From Candidatus Thorarchaeota archaeon (GTDB lineage: Archaea; Asgardarchaeota; Thorarchaeia; Thorarchaeales; Thorarchaeaceae): a stretch of 40,529 bases of DNA. Under the pieces are notes generated by a model. It was not told the origin of the DNA. It saw only the letters and a list, made by a program, of their open reading frames with translations, and made no database searches. The stretch is taken from contig JAWOEX010000036.1 in NCBI GenBank assembly GCA_046482545.1, positions 1 through 40,529 of the forward strand, given 5' to 3'. Shown one piece after another: positions 7,190-16,182 of this stretch; positions within the stretch are counted from its first letter, which is position 1, and every line of letters begins with the position of its first letter. A program made the translations under genes and the position numbers.

Positions 7190-9379
7190 ATGTCAGAAGA
7201 TGATAAAGTTAAGCTAAAAGTAGCAGCTGCTATGCCGAAAGACCAAGGACGTGGCATAGTCAGATTGAATTCAACGATAAGACGGGATTTGGGTCTTCGT
7301 TCAGGAGACTATGTTCTTATCAAAGGGGACAAGGAAACCGTTGCCGTAGTTTGGCCTGCTCTGCAAGAAGATGAAGTACTTGAGATGATACGCATGGACG
7401 GTCTCATACGCAAGAATGCTGGAGCTAAGCTGGGTGAGGTTATTGAGCTCCAGAAAATCGATCCTCCTGATGCGACCCGAGTCGTATTAGCTCCAAGCCA
7501 GCCAATCCGTTTCCGCGGTGGTTTTGAGACGTATCTCAAAAAGCAGATTCTCAACAAACCGCTTACCCGTGGAGATGTGCTCATGGTTGCTTCCATAGGT
7601 TCTGGTTTGAACTTCCATGTAACGGCGGTATCACCGAGTAAGCATGTCAAAGTTCAGCGACAGACGAAAGTCGAAATAAGAACTAAGCCTGTCAAGCCAG
7701 AGGATACACAGGTTCCTCAAGTAACATACGAGGATATCGGCGGCCTGTCAAAGGAACTGCAGAAGATTAGAGAAATGGTAGAGCTTCCAATGAAGTCGCC
7801 TGACCTATTCAAAAGGCTAGGAATTGAACCACCCAAAGGGGTATTTCTCAGAGGCCCGCCTGGAACGGGAAAAACTCTCATTGCGAAGGCTGTTGCAAAT
7901 GAATCCGGCGCGAATTTCCAGGCTATTAACGGGCCAGAGATCATGTCGAAGTTCTACGGTGAATCTGAGCAGAAGCTTCGTGAGGTATTTGAGGAAGCAG
8001 AGAAAAACGCTCCGAGCATTATATTCATTGATGAGATTGACAGCATCGCGCCCAAGAGAGCTGAAGTCACGGGTGAAGTTGAGAGGCGAGTAGTTGCCCA
8101 ACTCCTGTCTCTGATGGATGGTCTGGAAGGTCGCGGTCAAGTGATTGTCATTGGAGCCACTAACCGCCCTGATGATGTAGATGAAGCACTCAGAAGGCCA
8201 GGTCGATTCGATCGCGAAATCCACATTGGTATCCCAGATAAACAGGGTAGATTGGAGATTCTTCAGATTCACACACGGGGTATGCCTCTCGAAGAGAAGC
8301 TTGAGTTAGAAAGATTTGCAAATGCTACCCATGGATTTGTCGGCGCTGATTTGGAATCCTTAGCTAGAGAAGCTGCAATGCATGCTCTAAGGCGGGTTCT
8401 CCCACATGTAGACCCGGAGACAGGTGACATTCCTGCAGACATTTTGAACGACCTATATGTTACACAAGAGGATTTCGAAATGGCTATGTCTGAGGTTTCG
8501 CCATCTGCGCTACGTGAAGTCATGGTTGAATCACCGAACGTGCGATGGGATGATATCGGTGGTCTAGAGCATGTCAAGAGCAGGCTAAGAGAAGCAGTTG
8601 AGGCACCTCTGAACCATCCTGACGTATTTGAAGAAATGGGTATTCGTACACCTAAAGGTGTGCTTCTGTTTGGCCCTCCTGGAACTGGTAAGACCCTTCT
8701 TGCGAAGGCGGTTGCCACTGAAAGCGAGGCTAATTTCATTTCAATCAAAGGCCCAGAGATTTTCAACAAGTATGTTGGAGAGTCCGAGAAAGCAGTACGT
8801 GAGATCTTCAAGAAAGCCCGACAAACTGCACCGTGTGTGCTTTTCTTTGATGAAATTGATGCTGTGATGGGCCACAGGAGTATGCGGGATGAAACAGGTG
8901 TTAGCAAACGGATTGTTAACCAGTTCCTTGCAGAGCTCGATGGTATGCAGTCACTTCAGAATGTCTTGGTTGTTGGCGCAACAAACCGAGCAGATATCCT
9001 CGATCCAGCAGTATTGAGACCTGGAAGATTCGATTCGGTGGTATTTGTTCCACCTCCTGATGAGGACGCTCGTGTTGAGATATTCGAGGTTCACACCAGG
9101 GATATGCCGTTGGCTGAAGATATTGACCTCCGCCAGCTTGCGAAGGACACAGAAGGTTTCTCCGGTGCAGATATCGAAGGTCTATGCAGAGAAGCGGCTA
9201 TGACTGCCGTCAGAGAAGACTGGAAGGCTAAGCCTGTAAAAATGGAGCATTTCAAGAGTGCCATGGATGAGGTTAAGCCAAGCATCTCTGTAGAAGACAA
9301 GGAAAGGTACAAGTCTCAGGCAGAGCGTGTGCTCCGAAGAGCACCGAAGCGCGAAGAAAAATTGTCGGGCTATGTATAA
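7190..9379 (+). CDS. cdc48: Cdc48/p97/VAT family AAA+ ATPase
   Basis: N domain plus two AAA modules (GPPGTGKT twice; FIDEID and FFDEID; RPGRFD twice); C-terminus ends in YV. Confidence 0.98.
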   Translation: MSEDDKVKLKVAAAMPKDQGRGIVRLNSTIRRDLGLRSGDYVLIKGDKETVAVVWPALQEDEVLEMIRMDGLIRKNAGAKLGEVIELQKIDPPDATRVVLAPSQPIRFRGGFETYLKKQILNKPLTRGDVLMVASIGSGLNFHVTAVSPSKHVKVQRQTKVEIRTKPVKPEDTQVPQVTYEDIGGLSKELQKIREMVELPMKSPDLFKRLGIEPPKGVFLRGPPGTGKTLIAKAVANESGANFQAINGPEIMSKFYGESEQKLREVFEEAEKNAPSIIFIDEIDSIAPKRAEVTGEVERRVVAQLLSLMDGLEGRGQVIVIGATNRPDDVDEALRRPGRFDREIHIGIPDKQGRLEILQIHTRGMPLEEKLELERFANATHGFVGADLESLAREAAMHALRRVLPHVDPETGDIPADILNDLYVTQEDFEMAMSEVSPSALREVMVESPNVRWDDIGGLEHVKSRLREAVEAPLNHPDVFEEMGIRTPKGVLLFGPPGTGKTLLAKAVATESEANFISIKGPEIFNKYVGESEKAVREIFKKARQTAPCVLFFDEIDAVMGHRSMRDETGVSKRIVNQFLAELDGMQSLQNVLVVGATNRADILDPAVLRPGRFDSVVFVPPPDEDARVEIFEVHTRDMPLAEDIDLRQLAKDTEGFSGADIEGLCREAAMTAVREDWKAKPVKMEHFKSAMDEVKPSISVEDKERYKSQAERVLRRAPKREEKLSGYV

Positions 9380-9394
9380 TATCTGCTTGCAAAT

Positions 9395-9430
9395 GGGACG
9401 AATTGGTTCGTCCCTACTCTTCTTTTTTCT
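9395..9430 (+). terminator. Hairpin plus U-tract terminator after cdc48
   Basis: GGGACGAA-ttgg-TTCGTCCC perfect 8-bp stem, then tactcttcttttttct. Confidence 0.7.
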
Positions 9431-9796
9431 TCATTGTACTATCAACTCGTAGCTAGATTTGGGTTCTTCTGTTACTGGTTGAAACATACCCTGCTTGCTG
9501 ATACTATCCAGAAGCTATCGTGATTAAATGTCGAATCTTCTGGTATCTATGACAACTACAAGTTGATATTCCTTAGGGAACTCACCGATATTGATATGAC
9601 CGACTTCTACGATGAGATTGTTGGAAGTGTCAGTTTCAATAGCAAAGAAGCCTCATTCTTCATGTGGACTCGCACGCGATAATGGCCCCGCGAATAAGAT
9701 TTGAGCGGCAGAAGGGAGCTACCTATCTGTTGGCGATACCCTTTTCTTGCTGTCTGTGAAGGAGTGGGTGAATGAATCTTGGTGAGCTGATGAGAA

Positions 9797-10648
9797 ATGT
9801 CTGACTTCTATCCTATCTCGCCCTTGGTTGGCATTCCAAACAGTTCTTATGGAGGCCAGATGGGAGTTCTTGGCGACTACTGGGGAGTAAGGGTAGTTCG
9901 AGGAAAAAAGATCCTCGCTGAGAAAGAGATCCGCGAACTGATGTTGGAAAACGTAGTTGGAGTCATCTATGGACATATTCGACTTGAGGGGCTGAGTCGA
10001 CATACTGTTGCCAGAGCTGCTGGGAGATTGATGCAGTTTGCTCGGCGATATCAACAGTCAGGATTGAGTCCCGATTATGAAATTCCCGATTTAGTTTACG
10101 AAGATGGCTCACATACCGGTGCTTCTCAGAGGCAGGAAGAGGAAGTTGTAGAAGAACCTGTTCTTGAGGGGGTTAGCATTGAATCTCTTCCAATAATCAC
10201 TGAGAAGAAAGCAGAAAAGGAATTCAAAGCCATGATGGAAAGCCATGCTTTCATGCTTTCCGAAATGGCCGCATACGGCAATTCATTACCGGAGGGGCAT
10301 TTGAATCTCATGTTCAGGCAAGCTTCTTTGGGAATAGTACGCGCCTGGAAAAATAAGGGCAACCCAACTTCGGCCATCACTAGACTCTCCCATCTTTTCT
10401 TGGGGTGTTCTGACCAGAGCGAAGTTCAAGAATCAGACGAAGATAACTTGAAAATAGGTGTGGAGAATTGTTCTCTATTGGAGGAATCAAACAAGTATCA
10501 GGCGATTGAAGGAGATTTCCCAGCTAGATATCCTTGTATCTTTCACAAGCTCTTGGCACAGCATGTTGCTGATGTAACTGCTTGTAAGATTGAAATTGAA
10601 CTCCATAATGGTGGATGTCACCTGTCAGCATTAAAAGAGGAATCATGA
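9797..10648 (+). CDS. Hypothetical protein with a C-terminal V4R/TRAPP-Bet3-like domain
   Basis: 283 aa; spacing of VENCSL...YPCIFH...GGCHL resembles V4R-superfamily C-termini; N-terminal domain not recognised. Confidence 0.55.
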   Translation: MSDFYPISPLVGIPNSSYGGQMGVLGDYWGVRVVRGKKILAEKEIRELMLENVVGVIYGHIRLEGLSRHTVARAAGRLMQFARRYQQSGLSPDYEIPDLVYEDGSHTGASQRQEEEVVEEPVLEGVSIESLPIITEKKAEKEFKAMMESHAFMLSEMAAYGNSLPEGHLNLMFRQASLGIVRAWKNKGNPTSAITRLSHLFLGCSDQSEVQESDEDNLKIGVENCSLLEESNKYQAIEGDFPARYPCIFHKLLAQHVADVTACKIEIELHNGGCHLSALKEES

Positions 10649-10733
10649 ATAGCTCAGATAATCTTAAAACGAGAAGATATGAGCATTGATTCAGAGAATA
10701 ACCCTCCGGTTATTATGAAGGGAGATTATAAAC

Positions 10734-11009
10734 ATGAGTTATCTCACAATTAGAGAATACGTACGCTCAGGCCCCGTCTGCTTTGGTGCCCTGCTCGTTA
10801 TCGCGGGATCAATTATCGCGCTGATGCCATCACTTGGGTACGAACTGGTTGAAGGCTATACTATGCTTATTGGTGCAGTTATAGCTGTTGTTGGCCTTTT
10901 GTTGATAGTTGCTGGTTTCTTCCTAACAAGCAAGAAGAGGGATTCAGTTCTAAGACCTATAGACACTGACCAAGGAGACACCCCTCCGGCACCTCCACCA
11001 CCTGATTGA
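10734..11009 (+). CDS. Small two-TM membrane protein with a polyproline C-terminus
   Basis: Two hydrophobic segments; tail DTPPAPPPPD; GGGAG SD-like element upstream and a terminator downstream. Confidence 0.75.
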   Translation: MSYLTIREYVRSGPVCFGALLVIAGSIIALMPSLGYELVEGYTMLIGAVIAVVGLLLIVAGFFLTSKKRDSVLRPIDTDQGDTPPAPPPPD

Positions 11010-11046
11010 GCAAGGACGCATCGAGCGCTAAACTGTACTAATCACT

Positions 11047-11087
11047 TTGGGGGCCATCTGTATTGTCCCCCAATGTTCTTCTTTTTT
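11047..11087 (+). terminator. Hairpin plus U-tract terminator
   Basis: TTGGGGG (11047-11053) pairs with CCCCCAA (11067-11073), followed by ttcttctttttt. Confidence 0.6.
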
Positions 11088-11184
11088 CAAAATTATATTG
11101 CCTACTTGTGGGCTCTATCGCGATAACCCTAATATGCAAGAATGACAAACACAGATTCATCAACTATTAGAAGGGTGCTACACA

Positions 11185-11475
11185 ATGACAACTCTTGAGT
11201 ATCGAGATAGCAGATTTCATGAATGTACTGGTGAAGCGACTGCTCCAATTACACTGGAGGTAGATGATCGGCAGAAGAAACTGATTCTGTCCATACCGAC
11301 GGGTGCAAGTATGATTAAACGACGTGCCGCTGAACGAAATGCTCGGTCAATTCAGAAATCTGGATTTCAAACCAGTGGTCGTGGACGAATCGGCCAAGGA
11401 TATGAACTGGAAATCCAAGGTCATGGTGGTGGGTTACCTGACCGCCTTAAACGCTCACCCCGTGAAGTCTATTAG
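11185..11475 (+). CDS. Probable single-domain gelsolin/cofilin-like protein (ProGel-like)
   Basis: ITLEVDDRQKKLILSIPTGASMIKRRAAERNARSI fits the strand-strand-long-helix core of a gelsolin repeat; C-terminal LKRS resembles the WH2 LKKT motif. Confidence 0.6.
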   Translation: MTTLEYRDSRFHECTGEATAPITLEVDDRQKKLILSIPTGASMIKRRAAERNARSIQKSGFQTSGRGRIGQGYELEIQGHGGGLPDRLKRSPREVY

Positions 11476-11573
11476 GCAGGGTTTCAAGGAAATCTATGAA
11501 TCCAAAGAACACTAAACAATACTTTGGCATACCCGGATAGGGGTATCAGATGGCACTTGCGAGGTAAAGTCGG

Positions 11574-13343
11574 ATGTCTGAGGACAAGAAATCGAGGATA
11601 ATTGAGCAATCAAAGAAAGATGCTAATCGGCAATCTGCAGGAAGCAATCTTCTTCGTCAGGCGCGGGAGCTTGAATCCAGTGGAGACAACTCCAAGGCAA
11701 AGGAGCTTTTTGTTCAAGCAGCAAGAGCCTATGTTGAGTCTGCAACAGAGTATCGCAGTTCAAAAGGCTACAAGAATGCTGCGCGAAACTCTTCGGAAGC
11801 TGGTGATGTTTATTCTCATCTTGCAGATGCGAGTGAAGCTATGAGTGCCTATGAGGGTGCTGCAGATGATTTGTATTCGGCTGCTTCTGAGCATCTGATG
11901 TGGGATGAAGCCTCGGAAACAAAGAATGGTACAGCCTTAGCCATGACATCCTGTTTGATGTACTTGATGATAGGGAAAGAGGATAAGGCGTTCAAGAAAT
12001 CGAGTGAATTCCAGAATCAATACGGTTCTAAGCTAAATTTTCCTGCTGTACAGAGACTATCCGGTCTTATTGGTAAATTGCAGCGATCGATTGCCAACGT
12101 CAATATTGAAGCTTTTTCCGAAGCTGAAACAATGGCGATATCAGAACTTAAACCAGCCTTGTCCAGTGCAAAGGCGTCATATTTCACAAAGTATGTAGAC
12201 AAAGGGCTGGAGATGGTTCGTGAGATTCTTCGGGGAAAATTGCAGACTCCGAAGCTGACTGGTCGCCTTCAACTACCCATAGACATGACGTTCTCAGAGG
12301 AGTTGGAATTACTCGCTTTGGTGAGTAATGTTGGGGAGGGCACTGCTCGAAATGTGAACGTGCAATGGTATTTGGATGATAATCTTGAACTTGTCTCTGG
12401 TGAGAGCAGAAAGCAATTTCCAACTATTGATGCTGGTGATTCAGTCGAGCTTCGCGTTATTGTTATGGCAGATGAAGAACTAATGGGAGAGCGTGATTAT
12501 GAGATTCTCCTAAGAGGGTCTTATTCTGATCGATTGAAGACGGAGTATTCCTTACAAATAGGACCGGGCATACTTACGCTGAAAGACTACAAGGAAAGCG
12601 AAAAGATCGCACAGGATTTGGATATTACCGAAGGCAGAATAGGGCTCCTTACTGCTTCTCTTGAACAATTCCCTTTCGCTAGAGAGCCTCTCGATGAGAT
12701 AGTTCAGCAATTGAAGACTTCACTTAGAAAAGCGAAGGAAAAACTAGAGTCAGGTAATCTGGAGACTGCGAAGGCTCGCGTAAAAGTTGTAAACGAACTG
12801 ATTAATCACATGGATAATCTGTTTGCAGATGAAGATTTGAAGACCTTACTACGGAGAAAACGCCGGGAGGAGCAACGAAAGGCTGTATCCTCCGCCATTA
12901 CCTCTTTGAAGGGCCAAGTGCTAGACATCGTTGAGAAGCACATCTCAGATATAGACACCAAGCTGGTTCCCGCTGTCAATCGTATGAAAGACCTCGCCTC
13001 TTCAAGTGGTACCGGACAGGTTCTTGATTCTATGACACGGCAAATCCAAAGTTTATCCACGAAGCTGAGGGAAACCCTGCCTGTAGTACGAGCACTTCCT
13101 CAAAAGGATCCTGCCAAGCTTCGCGAAGGTTCGAATGCTGCTATCGACAAAATTGACGCTGTTCTATCTGAGATTGAGGTTGTCAAGACCCAGCTGGACA
13201 AGGTTTTGGAAAGTCAGAAGGAAGCTACTGAAGAAACACGGAGTAATGCAGATACGATCGAGCGGCGACTGGCTGAAATCCGATCGATGAAGACCGAAAT
13301 TCTCAACGCTTTTGAACAAGACTTAGATTTGTTATCGGATTAG
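11574..13343 (+). CDS. Multidomain protein: alpha-SNAP/TPR-like repeats, Ig-like (CARDB-type) domain, long coiled coil
   Basis: Ala-rich repeats (AKELFVQAARAY, AARNSSEAGDVY, AMSAYEGAAD); LVSNVGEGTARNVNV Ig motif; about 250 aa helical C-terminus. Confidence 0.6.
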   Translation: MSEDKKSRIIEQSKKDANRQSAGSNLLRQARELESSGDNSKAKELFVQAARAYVESATEYRSSKGYKNAARNSSEAGDVYSHLADASEAMSAYEGAADDLYSAASEHLMWDEASETKNGTALAMTSCLMYLMIGKEDKAFKKSSEFQNQYGSKLNFPAVQRLSGLIGKLQRSIANVNIEAFSEAETMAISELKPALSSAKASYFTKYVDKGLEMVREILRGKLQTPKLTGRLQLPIDMTFSEELELLALVSNVGEGTARNVNVQWYLDDNLELVSGESRKQFPTIDAGDSVELRVIVMADEELMGERDYEILLRGSYSDRLKTEYSLQIGPGILTLKDYKESEKIAQDLDITEGRIGLLTASLEQFPFAREPLDEIVQQLKTSLRKAKEKLESGNLETAKARVKVVNELINHMDNLFADEDLKTLLRRKRREEQRKAVSSAITSLKGQVLDIVEKHISDIDTKLVPAVNRMKDLASSSGTGQVLDSMTRQIQSLSTKLRETLPVVRALPQKDPAKLREGSNAAIDKIDAVLSEIEVVKTQLDKVLESQKEATEETRSNADTIERRLAEIRSMKTEILNAFEQDLDLLSD

Positions 13344-13357
13344 AGTATTGGAAATGG

Positions 13358-14557
13358 TCAATGTCTGTCCATGAAGGTCTCCAGCCTGTTCATCGCTTCA
13401 TCGATTATGTCCAATGGTGGCAAGAACACACTTCTGAAGTGACTAGCACCGTATTTCGGACAGAAACCCGAACCAGGCACAAATACCACACCCGTTTCAT
13501 TGAGGATATCCAAAACGAATTCCTTGTCATTCTTCCATCTACCGTCGAGCTCAACTTTGGGCATGATGTAGAAAGCTGCTTGCGGTAATGTAGTGGAAAT
13601 GGAATCGATAGAATTGAGTCTCTTATGGATGAAGTCTCTTCTCTTCCTCAGTCGTTTCATCACACCTTCCAAATGACTATCGTCTCCGTTCAATGCAGCA
13701 ACAGCACCATGTTGTGCAGGTGCGTTCGTGCAGATTCTTATTCGTGCTTGTCGCACCATAGCATCTCTCAGTGGTCCCAATTCCTCGCCATTGTCATGGA
13801 AATAAACATACCCAATTCGCCAGCCTGGTGCTAGATAGACCTTGCTGATGCCATTGAACCCAACAACAGGAACATCTCCTGCTGCTTTTACCATCGGTGT
13901 TTGTTTCTTGTCAAAAGTCAGCTGGTCATAGATTTCATCACTGATTAAGGGTAGTTCGTGTTCACCCGCGATGTTGGCGATTTCTTCAAGAGCTCGTCTA
14001 TCATAGACTGCTCCGGTGGGATTATTCGGATTGATAACTAGGATTCCCGCAGTTTTTTCATTGATCTTTTGACGCAAATCATCGATGTCTGGATTCCAGT
14101 CATCCTCTTCATCTGTCCTATAGGTCACGGGCTTTCCACCGAAATAGCTTATGAATGAAATGTATGGCGGATAAGCTGGTCCTGGGACAAGAAACTCTGA
14201 ACCCTTTTCTACTAGTGCTCCCGCAAGAAACTGTATAGCCTCTGAAACCCCTGTGGTGACGATGACCCTCTCGGGTGCTACCTCTATGTCATTCACTCTC
14301 TTTTCTTTGTTTGCTGCGGCTTGTTTGACTACGTCTTCACCTTCTGATGGTGCATATCCATTATGTCCATCTTCGGCCGCTGAGCATAGAGCTTCTACCA
14401 TGGTTTTCGGGGTTTCCCAATCATACTTGAGTGGGTCTCCTATATTGAGGTAGAGTGGGGTTTGATTCTCTCGCTTCTCGTAGGCCCTTGCCGCCACTAC
14501 TATATCTCGAATTGCGTATTCCAGATTTGCAGCTCGGGAAGTTATCTTCATCTTCAT
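13358..14557 (-). CDS. PLP-dependent class I/II aminotransferase (alanine aminotransferase, AlaA-type)
   Basis: YAIRD, LNIGDP, INPNNPTG, SDEIYD and GISKVYLAPGWRIG (PLP lysine). Confidence 0.92.
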   Translation of the reverse strand: MKMKITSRAANLEYAIRDIVVAARAYEKRENQTPLYLNIGDPLKYDWETPKTMVEALCSAAEDGHNGYAPSEGEDVVKQAAANKEKRVNDIEVAPERVIVTTGVSEAIQFLAGALVEKGSEFLVPGPAYPPYISFISYFGGKPVTYRTDEEDDWNPDIDDLRQKINEKTAGILVINPNNPTGAVYDRRALEEIANIAGEHELPLISDEIYDQLTFDKKQTPMVKAAGDVPVVGFNGISKVYLAPGWRIGYVYFHDNGEELGPLRDAMVRQARIRICTNAPAQHGAVAALNGDDSHLEGVMKRLRKRRDFIHKRLNSIDSISTTLPQAAFYIMPKVELDGRWKNDKEFVLDILNETGVVFVPGSGFCPKYGASHFRSVFLPPLDIIDEAMNRLETFMDRH

Positions 14558-14692
14558 GATTAACCCGACGTTGGGTTAGGCCGATATCTTCTATAAGTCA
14601 GTTTTGGAATGCTATCCTCTATCAGATGGAATTTTCAAAATTGATTCTAGAGTTGACTTAGAATAAGTGGCCAACGCATATTTTCTGATTGT

Positions 14693-15115
14693 CTATTTTC
14701 TTAGAAGCCGGCCTATTTCTTTCGCGTACTTCCGCATCTGGGTTACTGCGAGCCCCATCGATGTTATGTCCTTCGCGGAACCCATTATGAGGAAATCTCC
14801 TGCGTGTGACAGGACCACAAAGCCATCTTCTCCTCTTACAATGACTTCATAGAGCTCGTTGAGGTTGAGCTTATCCGTGGCCATTTCTCCCTGCACGAGA
14901 AGAGCTGCGCTCACTGCTGCCATAAGATCTGGGTCGGCATCTGATTCTTCTGTTGCGAAGTATGCGAGTTTGACGCCTTGCTTGCTCACTACGGCTATAG
15001 CGTCCATATCTGCATATGAGGTTAGGCCCATGAGTAATTCAACCAATTCTTCTTCCTTTTCTGGCTCTAATTGAGACGACGTTTTATTCTCCTCCAAAAT
15101 CCTTTCGAAACTCAC
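14693..15115 (-). CDS. Roadblock/LC7 domain protein
   Basis: AIAVVSKQG, DLMAAVSAALL, ELYEVIVRGEDGFVVL pattern; 4-bp overlap with the upstream gelsolin gene. Confidence 0.9.
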   Translation of the reverse strand: MSFERILEENKTSSQLEPEKEEELVELLMGLTSYADMDAIAVVSKQGVKLAYFATEESDADPDLMAAVSAALLVQGEMATDKLNLNELYEVIVRGEDGFVVLSHAGDFLIMGSAKDITSMGLAVTQMRKYAKEIGRLLRK

Positions 15116-16047
15116 TTAGCAACGAGTTTCTTTTTGCCTTTGTTGTTCTTTCCCTTTTTATTCTTGGCTGTTTCTTGCTCCACTTCTTCTTGGAAGAACG
15201 TGATGAGATCACCAAGCCTCTCCTTCATCTCTACTTTTATTGGGCTCAGAATCGCATCCGGAGTGCCCTTGAGAAGCTCGATTCCTAATACACTACCGTC
15301 TTTAACAATCACTCTAGGAATGAATCCTTCTGCCATGAATGTTCCTTCCGGTGGATCCTTCACTTTCTCTATTCTGTGCTCAACCTTCTCCTTTCCAAAT
15401 ATGGATGTCTTATGTTCTGCTACAGTGTAGAGCTCGTTGTAAACGATGACCAATTCGCGCTCGTACCCATCTGGGGGATTCTGGCCTTCGAGTTGTTCAA
15501 TCATTGTCTGGATTTCATCATCTGGTGGTTTTGTAGCTGTCTTGGCAACTGGAGCAGGCTTCTCAGGTTTGGAGCTTGTTTTGGCTGTACTTGGTTTACT
15601 GCTAGTTGGAGAGGGGGTTGGTGGTTTCTCATGGGTTCTCCTATCAGGAACCTTCTTTGGAGGCGGAGCTGGTTTTGAAGAGGGAACTTCCGGCTTTGCC
15701 TTTGGCCCCTTCTTTGGTTTCTTTTTTGGTTTTGGAGGTGCTTTAGCTCCCGGTTTGGTAACCCTCTTAGCCCCCTCACCTTCTAAAGCGACAAAGAATG
15801 GGGGAGGTTCTTCACCTTCGTCAAGCGGTCTGACACTGAACTGAAAACCATATTCACTTCTTAGATTTGTAGCTACTCTTGCGCCAATGAATTTTCTTCT
15901 AATTCCTGCTTGGCTTCCTTTCCAGAGGAAGATGCTCTTGGTCTCGCCGTCAACGACACAGAAGACTTCACCCGAATCCAATGAGTCTTTTGTTATTTCT
16001 TGTTCCTGTAGTGTTCCGTCTTCTGACACTTTGTAACCAGTTACCAT
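15112..16047 (-). CDS. Asgard gelsolin-domain protein with Pro/Lys-rich linker and C-terminal domain (1DGelX-like)
   Basis: SLDSGEVFCVVD..KSIFLWKG...DEGEEPPPF gelsolin repeat; ATG at 16047 preferred over 16128 because the fold begins there and a purine-rich element precedes it. Confidence 0.85.
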   Translation of the reverse strand: MVTGYKVSEDGTLQEQEITKDSLDSGEVFCVVDGETKSIFLWKGSQAGIRRKFIGARVATNLRSEYGFQFSVRPLDEGEEPPPFFVALEGEGAKRVTKPGAKAPPKPKKKPKKGPKAKPEVPSSKPAPPPKKVPDRRTHEKPPTPSPTSSKPSTAKTSSKPEKPAPVAKTATKPPDDEIQTMIEQLEGQNPPDGYERELVIVYNELYTVAEHKTSIFGKEKVEHRIEKVKDPPEGTFMAEGFIPRVIVKDGSVLGIELLKGTPDAILSPIKVEMKERLGDLITFFQEEVEQETAKNKKGKNNKGKKKLVAK

Positions 16048-16182
16048 GGAGTCCCACTCTCTTCGGTAATTAATGATGGGTAAGACCCATCTTATGGGTT
16101 CGACAATTGGCTTATCAGGGATTGTCATATAATAGGGTTTTGTGTGCTAAATACCCTTACCAGTACGAATCACTTCCCACTC

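Noticed and set aside
6607-7257. 216-aa minus-strand ORF
   Set aside because: Antisense shadow of hsp20 and cdc48; Ser-rich with no motifs
8269-8907. 212-aa minus-strand ORF and similar antisense ORFs over hisS, ths and thiPQ
   Set aside because: Antisense shadows of well-conserved genes
15520-15770. Low-complexity repeat-like DNA
   Set aside because: Encodes the Pro/Lys linker of the gelsolin protein; not an independent repeat or array
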